A DNA stretch of 64,000 bases from an uncultured Actinomycetes bacterium. Lineage in GTDB: Bacteria > Actinomycetota > UBA4738 > HRBIN12. The stretch spans positions 640,001 to 704,000 of the forward strand of contig OY969934.1 in the NCBI GenBank assembly GCA_963704725.1, given 5' to 3'. The notes under the pieces are model-generated. The model worked only from the letters and a program-made list of their open reading frames with translations, was not told the origin of the DNA and did not search any database. This document shows positions 39,694 to 49,590 of this stretch, one piece after another (position 1 is the stretch's first letter; the number at the start of each line of letters is the position of its first letter). A program made the translations under genes and the position numbers.

Positions 39694-41022
39694 CTAGGTG
39701 CGGCCCTTCGTGGCCCCCGGCGGCGCGAGGAAGATGACGATGTGGTCCCCGGTGCGCTTGTCGATCCGCGTCCGCCGCTGGCACGGTGGAACGGCCCCCG
39801 GGGTCTTCACCGGGCACTGCGGCAGGACGCCGACGTTGGTGAGGACGCCGTCGCGGTCGACGAAAGCGAGCGCCGAGCCGTAACAGACGCGGTCCTGGCT
39901 CCGCGGCCGGAGATCCAGCGCCGCGGGGACCCTGATCCGCACCACGCGGATGCTGTTCCCCGTCACGGTGAACGTCACGACCGGGGTGCCGTCGAGCGGC
40001 AGGTAGCCGGGGCACTCGAGCTCCTCGACGTCGAGCGCGATCGTGATGACGTCGCCGGGCTCGGCGTCCGGTGCCGTCACCGTCACGATGGTTCCGTCCG
40101 AGGTCGCGGAGCCCTCGCACCCCGGTCCCTCGCACACGGTCCCGCCATTCAGCACGTCGAAGGGCTCTGAGGTCACGGGCGTGATGCCGGAACCGCTCGT
40201 GGCGGTGATCCGGTAGCCGAGGCCCTGGGGTGAGATCGAGAACCCATCGCCGTGGTCGGCGTCGAAGACGGCCAGCCCATCCACCGCGTTGACGGTCGGA
40301 ACGGCCGGGGTGAGCGCGGCCCCGACGACGCCCGCGGGAGGCACCAGGGACAGCGAGATCGGGTCCGTCGAGGTGGTCACCCTCGATCCCCCCGGACCGT
40401 CGAGCACCTCGACGGCGACCGCGGTCCCGGCCGGGTCCAGCGCGTCGCCCGTGACGTTGGCGCCGAGCTGTGCCCCGGCGGGCGGCACGCTGAAGTGCAG
40501 CGCCAGCTCGCACGTCCCGACGAACACGTCGACGTGGCTGGTCGCGGCGGCGAACCGGAACTGCTCGGTTCCGGAGAAGTCGCGGGTGGGCTTGGCCTGG
40601 ATCCGGCCGGCACCGAGCTTGGCCGGGTCGTGCCAGCTGTAGACGGCCGCGCCCGGCGTGCTCGCCTGGAACGCGACGGATGCCGAGCCTCCGGGGGCCA
40701 CGGCGAGATTCCGGAGCTGGAGGATGCCGGAGAGGATGGCCGCGCTTCCCGCGGCCGGCGGCGTGACGATCGCGGTGATCGTGAACCCCGTGGGAGGCGT
40801 GATGTTCGCAGAGCGGAGCGACTGGATGGACGAGTCGTTGCGCAGCGTGGCCGTGAACGTCACCGACGAGCTCGCGGCGGCGCAGGAGGGCAGCACGTCG
40901 GCCGAGAACGGCTGCGACGGGGTCGCGGTCGCCGCCGGGCCGAGCGCGGCGGCGACGATCGCCGTGACGAGGAGCAACGGACGAGCCAGAGCGGAACGAC
41001 GGCGCGCGTCGTGAATCGTCAT
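39694..41022 (-). CDS. secreted beta-rich hypothetical protein
   Basis: signal peptide 'RRRSALARPLLLVTAIVAAALG', Thr/Pro/Val-rich, paired Cys. Confidence 0.6.
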   Translation of the reverse strand: MTIHDARRRSALARPLLLVTAIVAAALGPAATATPSQPFSADVLPSCAAASSSVTFTATLRNDSSIQSLRSANITPPTGFTITAIVTPPAAGSAAILSGILQLRNLAVAPGGSASVAFQASTPGAAVYSWHDPAKLGAGRIQAKPTRDFSGTEQFRFAAATSHVDVFVGTCELALHFSVPPAGAQLGANVTGDALDPAGTAVAVEVLDGPGGSRVTTSTDPISLSLVPPAGVVGAALTPAVPTVNAVDGLAVFDADHGDGFSISPQGLGYRITATSGSGITPVTSEPFDVLNGGTVCEGPGCEGSATSDGTIVTVTAPDAEPGDVITIALDVEELECPGYLPLDGTPVVTFTVTGNSIRVVRIRVPAALDLRPRSQDRVCYGSALAFVDRDGVLTNVGVLPQCPVKTPGAVPPCQRRTRIDKRTGDHIVIFLAPPGATKGRT

Positions 41023-41167
41023 CGGATCCGGTTCCCCTCCACCCGAGCGTTGCTTCGAGGCGCGACCGTATGGCCGCCTCGACCGGGATGTCAAGACGGG
41101 AACTCCCCCCGCCGCCCGGTAGGAGCGTGCGGTGGTGGCACCTCCGTCCCGCGTGCCCGAGCGCAGG

Positions 41168-42496
41168 TCACAGGATCGGCAGGTAGCGCTCGAGCTCGTA
41201 CGGAGTCACGTACGCCTTGTACGCATCCCACTCCTCGCGCTTGTTCCGGATCAGGAACTCGTGGACGTGGTCGCCGAGCGCCCGGCGAAGGACCTTCGAC
41301 TCGCCGGCCAGGCCGATCGCCTCGTGCAGGTCCGCGGGGAGCGAGCGGATCCCGGCGGCCCGGCGCTCGTCCTCGGTCATCTCGTAGATGTTGTTCGAGG
41401 CCTCGGGCGGCAGTTCCAGCTCCTGCTCGATCCCGTCGAGCCCGGCCGCGAGCATCGTCGCGAACGCCAGGTAGGGGTTGCAGGCCGGGTCCGGAGACCG
41501 GTATTCGATGCGCGTCGCCTCCTCGTTGCCCGGCTTGTACTGCGGGACCCGCACCAACGCCGACCGGTTCCGCCGCGCCCAGCACACGTAGACCGGTGCC
41601 TCGTACCCCGGGACGAGCCGCTTGTACGAGTTCACCCACTGGTTGGTGACGAGCGTGAGCTCCCGGGCGTGGCCGAGGACGCCGGCGATGTAGCCCTTGG
41701 CCGTCTTGGACAGGTGATACTCGTCGCTCGCGTCGAAGAACGCGTTGCGATCCCCCGCGAACAGGGACTGATGGACGTGCATGCCGCTGCCGTTCACGCC
41801 CATCACCGGCTTGGGCATGAAGGTCGCGTAGATCCCGAACTCCTGGGCGACCTCCTTCACCGTGAGCCGGTACGTCATCACGTTGTCCGCCATCGTGAGC
41901 GCATCCGCGTAGCGCAGGTCGATCTCGTGCTGGCTTGGCGCCACCTCGTGGTGGACGTACTCCACCGGGATGCCCATCGACTCGAGATACGCGACCGTGC
42001 GCTTGCGCCAGTCGGTGGCCACGTCCAGCGGCGTCTCGTCGAAGTACCCGCCCTGGTCGAGGAACGAGGGATCGCTGGCGCTCGTGAAGTAGAAGTACTC
42101 GAGCTCGGGGCCCACGTAGAACGTGAATCCGAGGTCCGAGGCGCGCGCGAGCTGACGCTTCAGCACGTACCGCGGGTCGCCCTCGAACGGGGTACCGTCG
42201 GGGTTGAGGACGTCGCAGAACATCCGGGCGACCTGTGCCTCGGTCTGCCACGGGATCAGCTGGAAGGTGGAGGGGTCGGGGACCGCCACCATGTCGGACT
42301 CCTGGATCCGGCTGAACCCGTCGATCGACGAGCCGTCGAACCCCATGCCCTCGGTGAGCGCGCCCTCGAGCTCCTGCGACGTGATCGTGAACGACTTCAG
42401 GAACCCGAGGACGTCGGTGAACCACAGTCGGATGTAGCGGATGCCACGCTCCTCGATCGTGCGCAGCACGAACTCGGCTTCGTTGGAAAGGGACAT
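41168..42496 (-). CDS. glnA2: glutamine synthetase family protein (GSI-alpha / GlnA2 type)
   Basis: 'FDGSSIDGF', 'HHEVAPSQHE', 'NGSGMHVH'; 442 aa, lacks the GSI-beta insert. Confidence 0.88.
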   Translation of the reverse strand: MSLSNEAEFVLRTIEERGIRYIRLWFTDVLGFLKSFTITSQELEGALTEGMGFDGSSIDGFSRIQESDMVAVPDPSTFQLIPWQTEAQVARMFCDVLNPDGTPFEGDPRYVLKRQLARASDLGFTFYVGPELEYFYFTSASDPSFLDQGGYFDETPLDVATDWRKRTVAYLESMGIPVEYVHHEVAPSQHEIDLRYADALTMADNVMTYRLTVKEVAQEFGIYATFMPKPVMGVNGSGMHVHQSLFAGDRNAFFDASDEYHLSKTAKGYIAGVLGHARELTLVTNQWVNSYKRLVPGYEAPVYVCWARRNRSALVRVPQYKPGNEEATRIEYRSPDPACNPYLAFATMLAAGLDGIEQELELPPEASNNIYEMTEDERRAAGIRSLPADLHEAIGLAGESKVLRRALGDHVHEFLIRNKREEWDAYKAYVTPYELERYLPIL

Positions 42497-42528
42497 GCCG
42501 CGAGCGTACTTCGGCGTGCGGAGCCTTC

Positions 42529-42545
42529 GTTACGCGTCCGTTAAC
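42529..42545 (-). promoter_or_regulatory. GlnR box upstream of glnA2
   Basis: minus strand GTTAAC-GGACGC-GTAAC matches gTnAc-n6-GaAAc; followed by TACGCT -10 element 6 nt before the ATG. Confidence 0.6.
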
Positions 42546-42611
42546 TTCCGCCGGGTGCCGGGGCCAGGCGCACGATACTGACGTCGTGGACCCCTCGATC
42601 CCGGTGGCGCG

Positions 42612-45254
42612 GTGCTGACGCCCGAGGTCCTCGGGCGGACCCTGGCCCGGGCGCCCGACCCCGAGCTGGCGCGGGTGGCGCTCTCCCGCGTGGGCGAGGA
42701 CCCGGGCGCTCGGGAGACGCTGGCGCGCGAGGACGTCCTGCCCACCGCGGTCCGGGTGCTGGGGTTCTCCACGGCCGCGGCCGACTTCCTCGTGGCGCAC
42801 CCCGAGGAGACCGGGGCGCTCGCGGACGTGCGCCCTCGCTCCGGGGCCGAGCTCGAGGCCGAGTGCGACCGCGATCTCGAGCGGCTGGGGCCGGCCGGCG
42901 GTCTGCGACGTTTCCGGCGGCGGACCATGCTGCGCGTGGCAGCTCGAGACCTCGAGGGGGACGCGCTCGAGTCGATCGTCGCCGAGATCACCGCCGTGGC
43001 CGAGACCTGCCTGGCCCGGGCGGCCGAGCTCTCCGGGGCGCGGGCGCTCGCCGTCATCGGCCTCGGCAAGCTCGGCGGTCGCGAGCTCAACTACGCCTCT
43101 GACGTCGACGTGCTGTTCGTCCACGCGAAGCCCGGCGCCCCCACCCAGGAGCCGGCCGAGCGTTCGGCCGCGGCGTTGATCCGTCTGCTGTCCGAGCCGA
43201 CCGCGGACGGGGTCGCCCTGCGGGTCGACCCGACGCTGCGTCCCGGAGGCCGCGCCGGGGCTCTGTCCCGATCGCTCGACGCGATGCGCGGCTACTACGC
43301 GGGAGAGGCCGCCACCTGGGAGCGACAGGCGCTCATCAAGTCCCGGCCGGTCGCCGGCGACCTCGCCCTCGGGAGGCGGTTCGTCGAGATGGTCGAGCCG
43401 TTCGTCTATCCGCAGGACCTCGCCGCGACGGCGATCGACGAGGTCCGCCGGACCAAGGTGCGCCTGGAGGAGTACGTCCGCGCCCGCGGCAAGGCGGGCA
43501 CCGAGGTGAAGCGGGGATGGGGCGGGATCCGCGACGTCGAGTTCGCCGTGCAGCTCCTGCAGATCGTGCACGGCCGTCGCGACGAGCGGCTCCGGGAGCC
43601 CAACACGCTCGCCGCGCTGTCGGCGCTCGCCGCCGAGGGCTACGTCGGCGAGGGCGACGCGGAGGCCCTGGCGGGTGCGTACCGCTTCCTGCGCACGCTC
43701 GAGCATCGCCTGCAGATCGTCCGCGACCTCCAGACCCACGAGCTGCCGCCCGACCGGGCCTCGCGCGCGACGCTCGCGCGCTCGCTCGGGCTCGACGGCC
43801 CGGAGGCGCTCCAGTCCGAGTACGAACGTCAGACCCGCCTGGTCCGGGGCCTGCACGAGCGGCTGTTCTACCGCCCGCTCCTCGAGGCGTTCGCCGGTCC
43901 CCGGGCACCGCGCCCCGGAACCGATCGGGCGGCGACGGAGGAGCTGCTCGCCGGCCTGGGGTTCCGGCGGCCGGGGGAGTCCTTCGACGTCCTTGGCCGG
44001 CTCGTGGATCCGGCGACGAGGCTGGGCAAGGTGCTCGAGCACCTGTTCCCCGTCGTGGCCCCGCCGCTCGCCCTGGCCGCGAACCCCGACGCGGCGCTCG
44101 TTCGCTTCGAGCGCGTCGCGGCCTCGATCGGTCGGGACCGGGCTCTGGCCGACGCGCTGGCGAACGACCCGGCGGTCGCGCGCAGGCTCGGTCACCTCGT
44201 GTCGGCCAGCGGCTTCGCCACCGACGTCCTGGTGGCGGAGCCCTCCCGGCTGCTCGCGCTCGGCGACGGCGTGGATGCGGACGACGCGCCGGGCGCGCTC
44301 GCGGCCGTGGTGGCGAGGTACGCGGGGCGCGAGCTCCGACCGAGCGAGACCGGGGCGGCGCTGGCGGCGGTGGCCGATCGCGTCGTGCGCGAGGCGCTCG
44401 CCGAGGCCGAGCCCAACCTGCCCTTCGCCGTGATCGGTCTCGGCAAGCTGGGAGCGCGGGAGCTGAACTTCGGCTCCGACCTCGACGTCCTGTTCGTCTA
44501 CGAGGGCGAGGGGTCGGGCGAGTTCCGCCGCGGGGCCGAGATCGGGGAGCGCGTCGTCGCCGGGATCCGCCGCGCGGGCTGGGAGCCGGACCCCGACCTC
44601 CGCCCGGAGGGCCGGAGCGGTCCGCTCGCCAAGTCCTTCGCCGCCTATCTCGAGTACTGGGAGCGCTACGCCGAGACGTGGGAGTTCCAGTCCCTCACTC
44701 GGGCGCGCTTCGTCGCCGGGGACGAGGCGCTCGGCCGGCGTTTCTGCTCGGCCGCCGCGGACTTCGCGTACCCCGAGTACCTCCCGCTCGAGCGGGTCGG
44801 CGAGATCCGGCGGATGCGGGAGCGCATCGAGCTCGAGCGTGTCCGGCCGCTCGAGGCGTCGGCGTTCCACTTCAAGCTCGGCTACGGCTCGCTCGCGGAC
44901 GTGCAGTTCGCCGTCGAGCTCTCGCTGATGCGCTTCGGCGGTCAGAACCCGGAGGTCCGCACCCGCGGGACGCTCGACGCGATCGAGCGGCTGGCCCGGG
45001 CCAGGCTGATCGAGGACGCCGCGGCCCTGGCGCTCGGCGAGGCGTTCGTGTTCCTGTCCGACGTGAAGAACGCGCTGGAGATCGATCGCCGGGTGCACGC
45101 CGAGGCGATCCCTCCGGCGCCACAGGAGCAGCTCGCGCTGGCCCGGCGGCTCGGCTTCGAGGAGTACCCGAGGCAGACGTTCCTCGAGGAGTACCGACGG
45201 GTGACACGCCGGGCGCGGCGAGCCATGGAGCGAGTGTTCTACGAGGAGGGATGA
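42612..45254 (+). CDS. glnE: bifunctional glutamine synthetase adenylyltransferase/adenylyl-removing enzyme
   Basis: two NT domains 'GKLGGRELNYASDVD' and 'GKLGARELNFGSDLD', 'LRPEGRSG'. Confidence 0.92.
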   Translation: MLTPEVLGRTLARAPDPELARVALSRVGEDPGARETLAREDVLPTAVRVLGFSTAAADFLVAHPEETGALADVRPRSGAELEAECDRDLERLGPAGGLRRFRRRTMLRVAARDLEGDALESIVAEITAVAETCLARAAELSGARALAVIGLGKLGGRELNYASDVDVLFVHAKPGAPTQEPAERSAAALIRLLSEPTADGVALRVDPTLRPGGRAGALSRSLDAMRGYYAGEAATWERQALIKSRPVAGDLALGRRFVEMVEPFVYPQDLAATAIDEVRRTKVRLEEYVRARGKAGTEVKRGWGGIRDVEFAVQLLQIVHGRRDERLREPNTLAALSALAAEGYVGEGDAEALAGAYRFLRTLEHRLQIVRDLQTHELPPDRASRATLARSLGLDGPEALQSEYERQTRLVRGLHERLFYRPLLEAFAGPRAPRPGTDRAATEELLAGLGFRRPGESFDVLGRLVDPATRLGKVLEHLFPVVAPPLALAANPDAALVRFERVAASIGRDRALADALANDPAVARRLGHLVSASGFATDVLVAEPSRLLALGDGVDADDAPGALAAVVARYAGRELRPSETGAALAAVADRVVREALAEAEPNLPFAVIGLGKLGARELNFGSDLDVLFVYEGEGSGEFRRGAEIGERVVAGIRRAGWEPDPDLRPEGRSGPLAKSFAAYLEYWERYAETWEFQSLTRARFVAGDEALGRRFCSAAADFAYPEYLPLERVGEIRRMRERIELERVRPLEASAFHFKLGYGSLADVQFAVELSLMRFGGQNPEVRTRGTLDAIERLARARLIEDAAALALGEAFVFLSDVKNALEIDRRVHAEAIPPAPQEQLALARRLGFEEYPRQTFLEEYRRVTRRARRAMERVFYEEG

Positions 45255-45257
45255 GCG

Positions 45258-45650
45258 ATGGCCGAGACGGAGCGCCGTACGATCGCGTCGGGCTCGCCGT
45301 ACGAGCGCGTGATCGGCTTCTCGCGGGCGGTGATCGCCGGGCACCATGTAGCGGTGGCCGGGACGGCCCCCGTCATGCCCGAGGGTGTCGAGCCGCCGCC
45401 CGATGCGTACGGCCAGGCCCGGCGGGTGCTCGACATCATCCTGGGTGCGCTCGGGGAAGCCGGGGCCGGGCCGCAGCACGTGGTCCGGACGCGGACCTAC
45501 CTCGCTCGAGCCGAAGATTGGGAGGAGGTCGGCCGGGCCCACGGCGAGGTGTTCGCCGACGCTCGTCCGGCGAGCACGATGATCGTGGTGAGCGGGTTCC
45601 TCGACCCACGATGGCTCGTGGAGATGGAGGCCGACGCGATCGTGCCGTGA
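45258..45650 (+). CDS. RidA family protein
   Basis: 'GFSRAV', 'RPASTM', 'LVEMEADA'. Confidence 0.85.
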   Translation: MAETERRTIASGSPYERVIGFSRAVIAGHHVAVAGTAPVMPEGVEPPPDAYGQARRVLDIILGALGEAGAGPQHVVRTRTYLARAEDWEEVGRAHGEVFADARPASTMIVVSGFLDPRWLVEMEADAIVP

Positions 45651-45697
45651 GATCCGTCGGCAGGCGGCGGACGTTCGTCGCCGGGGCCGCCGGGACC

Positions 45698-46597
45698 TCA
45701 GATGCGCTCGATGGCCCCGGGTGCGAACCTCGGCCCGTACCGCGGCGCCTCGACGTGGCCCACCTCGAGCAGACGCTGGACGCGCCCGCGGTGCGGCCGG
45801 AACGGCTCGACGAGCTGGAGCATCCGCTCGTCGGTCCCGCGGGGCTCGCCGGCGAGCGTCCAGGCCACGATGTTCGGCAGGTGGTAGTCGCCGATCGAGA
45901 TCGCGTCGGCGTCGCCGAGCGCCGTCCGCGCCACCTCGGCGACCGTCCACGGCCCGATCCCGGGCAGGAGGCCGATCCGGGCCCGGGCGTCGGCGAGCGG
46001 CAGGTCCGCTGCGGCGTCGAGCCACGAGGCTCGCCGGCCCACCTCGCGCAGGAGCCGGGCACGACGTCCCTCGACCCCGAACGGATGGAAGGCGTACGAG
46101 GGCAGCGCCGCGACCCGCGTCGGGTCGGGCGGCAGCGTCAGGCCGAGCGGCCCGGGCGCGGGCTCGGCGAGCGCCGCCGAGAGTCGTCGGAAGGCGCGCC
46201 GGGACTCGGCCCCCGTGACCTTCTGCTCCAGGATCACGGGGATCAGCAGCTCGGCGACCAGCCCGGTCCTGGGGAGCCGGAGGCCGGGGTGGCGCCGCCA
46301 CAGCTCGCGGACGGCACCGCGCTCGGGCTCGAACGTCTCGGCCGGGTCGAGCGCCCCGCACCAGCCCGCCGCGCGGTCCAAGAGCCATGCGCTTCCCGGC
46401 CCCCACGCCTCGACCTCGATTGCGCCACCCGATGGCGCCAGGCGCGCGGCAACCGGACCGGCCGGCGTGCGGGAGGCCCGGAGCACCGCGCCACGGTCGA
46501 TCCGCATCGTCGGGTCGCCGGCGCCGCGCCGGAGCGGGCCAAGCGTCATGGCCAGATCGATCGGCCTCGGGGTCGCGATGCGGCGCGCCGTCACCAC
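45698..46597 (-). CDS. DNA-3-methyladenine glycosylase II (AlkA/HhH-GPD family)
   Basis: 'LEQKV', HhH 'LPGIGPWT', 'GDYHL'. Confidence 0.85.
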   Translation of the reverse strand: MVTARRIATPRPIDLAMTLGPLRRGAGDPTMRIDRGAVLRASRTPAGPVAARLAPSGGAIEVEAWGPGSAWLLDRAAGWCGALDPAETFEPERGAVRELWRRHPGLRLPRTGLVAELLIPVILEQKVTGAESRRAFRRLSAALAEPAPGPLGLTLPPDPTRVAALPSYAFHPFGVEGRRARLLREVGRRASWLDAAADLPLADARARIGLLPGIGPWTVAEVARTALGDADAISIGDYHLPNIVAWTLAGEPRGTDERMLQLVEPFRPHRGRVQRLLEVGHVEAPRYGPRFAPGAIERI

Positions 46598-46620
46598 GCC
46601 GAGCGTACCGGGGAGGACGT

Positions 46621-46650
46621 CGAGGGCCGGCCCTGCAGGGCCGGCCCTCG
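46621..46650. terminator. perfect 30-bp palindrome downstream of glnA1
   Basis: CGAGGGCCGGCCCTGCAGGGCCGGCCCTCG is self-complementary and lies 16 nt past the glnA1 stop. Confidence 0.6.
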
Positions 46651-46666
46651 GATCTCGCTCGACGTC

Positions 46667-48097
46667 TTACAGATCGTAGTAGAGCGCGAACTCGTGCGGG
46701 TGTGGGCGAAGCCGCACGGCGTCGACCTCGTGGAGCCGCTTGTACTCGATCCAGGTGTCGATGACGTCCTGGGTGAAGACGCCGCCCTCGAGGAGCCACT
46801 GGTGATCGGCCTCGAGCGCGTCGAGCACCTCCTCCAGCGAACCCGGCACCTGGCGGACCGTCGCCTTCTCCTGCGGCGGCAGGTCGTACAGGTCCTTGTC
46901 GATCGGCTCCGGCGGCTCGGTCTTGTTCTTCACGCCGTCGAGCCCCGCCATCAGCATCGCCGAGAAGGCGAGGTACGGGTTGCACGACGGGTCGGGCGTC
47001 CGGAACTCCAGTCGCTTGGCGCCCGGGTTCTTGAAGTACTGCGGGATCCGCACGCACGCCGACCGGTTCCGCTGCGAGTACACGAGGTTGATCGGCGCCT
47101 CGTAGCCGGGCACGAGCCGCCGGTACGAGTTCGTCGTCGGGTTCGTGAACGCGAGCAGCTGGGGGGCGTGGGCGAGCAGGCCGCCGATGTACCAGCGCGC
47201 GATGTCGCTGATGCCCGCGTAGCCGACCTCGTCCCAGAACAGGTTCTCGTCGTCCTTCCACAGGCTCTGGTGCGTGTGCATCCCGGAGCCGTTGTCCTGG
47301 AAGATCGGCTTGGGCATGAACGTCACGGTCTTGCCGGCGGCTCGCGCCGTGTTCTTGACGACGTACTTGTACTTCATGACGTTGTCGGCGGTACGCAGCA
47401 GCGTGTCGTAGCGCATGTCGATCTCGGCCTGGCCGGCCGTGCCGACCTCGTGGTGGTGCACCTCGATCTTGATGCCCACCTGCTCGAGGTTCAGGACCAT
47501 CTCCGAGCGGAGGTCCTGGTAGTGGTCCATCGGGGGGAGCGGGAAGTACCCCTCCTTGTACCGAGGCTTGTACCCGAGGTTCGGCTCGCCCGAGAGCTCA
47601 CGCTCGCGGCCCGAGTTCCACACGCCCTCGATCGCGTCGATGTGGTAGTAGCCCTCGTGCTGGTTCTGGTCGAACCGGATCGCGTCGAAGATGTAGAACT
47701 CGCACTCCGGTCCCCAGTACGAGATGTCGGCGATCCCGCTCTGCTTCAGGTACAGCTCGGCCTTGCGGGCGATGTACCGAGGATCGCGTGTGTACATCTC
47801 GCCGGTCACCGGGTCCCTGACGAAGCACGAGATGTTCAGCGTCACGTGTTTCGTGAACGGGTCGAGATAGGCGGAGTCCGCGTCCGGCACCAGGAGCATG
47901 TCGGACTCCTGGATCTCCTGGAACCCGCGGATCGACGAGCCGTCGAAGCCGAGCCCCTCGTCGAAGCTCGCCTCGTTGAGCTCGGATACCGGGATCGAGA
48001 AGTGCTGCATCAGCCCCGGAAGGTCGGAGAACCGCAGATCCACGATCTCGGCGCCCGAGTCCTTCGCGATGGCGAGGACCTCTTTCGGTGTGGCCAT
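46667..48097 (-). CDS. glnA: glutamine synthetase type I beta
   Basis: 'FDGSSIRGF', 'HHEVGTAGQ', adenylylation site 'DKDLYDLPP'. Confidence 0.95.
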   Translation of the reverse strand: MATPKEVLAIAKDSGAEIVDLRFSDLPGLMQHFSIPVSELNEASFDEGLGFDGSSIRGFQEIQESDMLLVPDADSAYLDPFTKHVTLNISCFVRDPVTGEMYTRDPRYIARKAELYLKQSGIADISYWGPECEFYIFDAIRFDQNQHEGYYHIDAIEGVWNSGRERELSGEPNLGYKPRYKEGYFPLPPMDHYQDLRSEMVLNLEQVGIKIEVHHHEVGTAGQAEIDMRYDTLLRTADNVMKYKYVVKNTARAAGKTVTFMPKPIFQDNGSGMHTHQSLWKDDENLFWDEVGYAGISDIARWYIGGLLAHAPQLLAFTNPTTNSYRRLVPGYEAPINLVYSQRNRSACVRIPQYFKNPGAKRLEFRTPDPSCNPYLAFSAMLMAGLDGVKNKTEPPEPIDKDLYDLPPQEKATVRQVPGSLEEVLDALEADHQWLLEGGVFTQDVIDTWIEYKRLHEVDAVRLRPHPHEFALYYDL

Positions 48098-48172
48098 CCC
48101 TCGTCTGCCCCCTTTCCCTGCGGCGGCCGTGCACGTCCGGGCGAAAGGGTAGGGGGCCGGGGCGGGGGGCCG

Positions 48173-48189
48173 GTTTCGAGCGCGTTAAC
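48173..48189 (-). promoter_or_regulatory. GlnR box upstream of glnA1
   Basis: minus strand GTTAAC-GCGCTC-GAAAC, consensus a/b-site GlnR box. Confidence 0.7.
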
Positions 48190-48268
48190 TCTGCGGGTGC
48201 CCCGCCGAAGCGGGTGCGGCGAACCCCCGGGTACAGGAGTCCGAGCGACGTGTCGATGCAACACGGGC

Positions 48269-48556
48269 ATGAGGATCAGGGCCACCCCCGAGGCACGCTC
48301 GTGGATCCGCGACCAGGGCGGACTCCTGTTCATCCGGCTGTCGCGCGTCGTGAGCGCTCGGGGGGCGATGCGGAGTCTCGTCGTCTCGACCGATCCGCCC
48401 TCGGACGCCTTCGACTACCAGCGCTTCGAGACGATGGGGTTCGTCCTGTTCCTGCAGCCCGGGGTCCGGCCGCCCCGGGAGCTCCACGTCGAGGTGGTGG
48501 GGCGGATGCGCCGGCGGATCGCGGCCTTCTGGAACGGCTGCGCGTTCGTGGTGTAG
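48269..48556 (+). CDS. small hypothetical protein
   Basis: 95 aa 'MRIRATPEARSWIRDQGGLLFI...FWNGCAFVV'; fills the gap between glnA1 and glnR. Confidence 0.6.
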   Translation: MRIRATPEARSWIRDQGGLLFIRLSRVVSARGAMRSLVVSTDPPSDAFDYQRFETMGFVLFLQPGVRPPRELHVEVVGRMRRRIAAFWNGCAFVV

Positions 48557-48597
48557 ACAGGGCAGCCCCCGTCGAGGATCCCCGGTTCGCCCGCCCG

Positions 48598-49257
48598 TCA
48601 GGCCTCCGCGGCCCGGTAGCCCACGCCCCGCACCGTCTCGATCAGGCTCTCGAACTCCGGGCCCAGCTTCGCCCGCAGGCGGCGGATGTGGACGTCGACC
48701 GTGCGCGTGCCGCCGTAGAAGTCGTAGCCCCACACCTCGCGCAACAGGGTGGGCCGGGTGAAGACGCGGCCAGGTCGCTCCGCCAGGTAGCGCAGGAGCT
48801 CGAACTCCTTGTATGTGAGGTCGAGCGGACGCCCCAGCACGGTCACGCGGTAGGCGTCGGTGTCGAGCGTGAGCGCGCCGAGCCGGATGGTGGCGGGATC
48901 GCCCGATCCCCATCGGCGACGCAGCATCGCCAGGCGCAGTCGGATCTCGACCGCCGGGGTCCCCGGCGTGAACAGCTCGTCCGCCACCTCCTCCCACCGG
49001 AACCGCTCGAGGTCTCGCCGCTCCACCACGATGACGACCGGCGCTCGAGCCTGATGCTCGCGCAGCGCCAGCAGCACCGCGTAGCCCTGCCCGGGGTTCT
49101 CGGCGGCGTCGACGAGGATGGTCTCGGCCCCCATGGCCAGGACGTCGGCGAGCCCGGCGACCGACAGGTGGTCGGTCTTGGTGTCGAGCTGGAGCTCCGC
49201 GAGCCCAGGGAGGGCCTCGTCGGGGGATCGGTCGGTGAGCATGAGGACGGGGTCCAC
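48598..49257 (-). CDS. glnR: nitrogen regulator GlnR (atypical OmpR-family regulator)
   Basis: 'LDLTYKEFELL', 'VWGYDFYGGTRTVDVHIRRLRAKLG', degenerate receiver domain. Confidence 0.85.
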   Translation of the reverse strand: MDPVLMLTDRSPDEALPGLAELQLDTKTDHLSVAGLADVLAMGAETILVDAAENPGQGYAVLLALREHQARAPVVIVVERRDLERFRWEEVADELFTPGTPAVEIRLRLAMLRRRWGSGDPATIRLGALTLDTDAYRVTVLGRPLDLTYKEFELLRYLAERPGRVFTRPTLLREVWGYDFYGGTRTVDVHIRRLRAKLGPEFESLIETVRGVGYRAAEA

Positions 49258-49308
49258 GACCCGCCGAGGGTACCGGCTCCGGTGTCGGGCGGATAGCCTG
49301 AGGGCGGG

Positions 49309-49551
49309 ATGACGATCGTCACGGTCCGACTGTTCGCCGCGCTCCGCGACCTCGCCGGCTCGAGCGAGGTGGAGGTGGAGGCCGCCACCACGGGCGAGGT
49401 CGTCGAGGCGCTGTCGCGCCGGTACGGCGAGCGGTTCGAGCGGATCGCGCGATCGGGCACCGTCGTCGTGGACGGCGAGCGCGCGGGACCCGCCACGTCG
49501 CTCCGCGGGACCGAGCGGGTGGCCGTGCTCCCTCCCGTGTCGGGGGGCTGA
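49309..49551 (+). CDS. MoaD/ThiS-family sulfur carrier protein
   Basis: 'LFAALR', C-terminal 'PPVSGG'. Confidence 0.88.
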   Translation: MTIVTVRLFAALRDLAGSSEVEVEAATTGEVVEALSRRYGERFERIARSGTVVVDGERAGPATSLRGTERVAVLPPVSGG

Positions 49552-49590
49552 GCGGGCGCAACCCCCCTTTTGTCATACTTGGCGCGCCCG

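Noticed and set aside
41091-47261. 2056-aa minus-strand ORF (and the 1679-aa plus-strand ORF 43517-48556)
   Set aside because: Arg/Pro/Gly-rich shadow frames over glnA2/glnE/alkA/glnA1, expected at this GC content; only the last 95 codons of the plus ORF look real.
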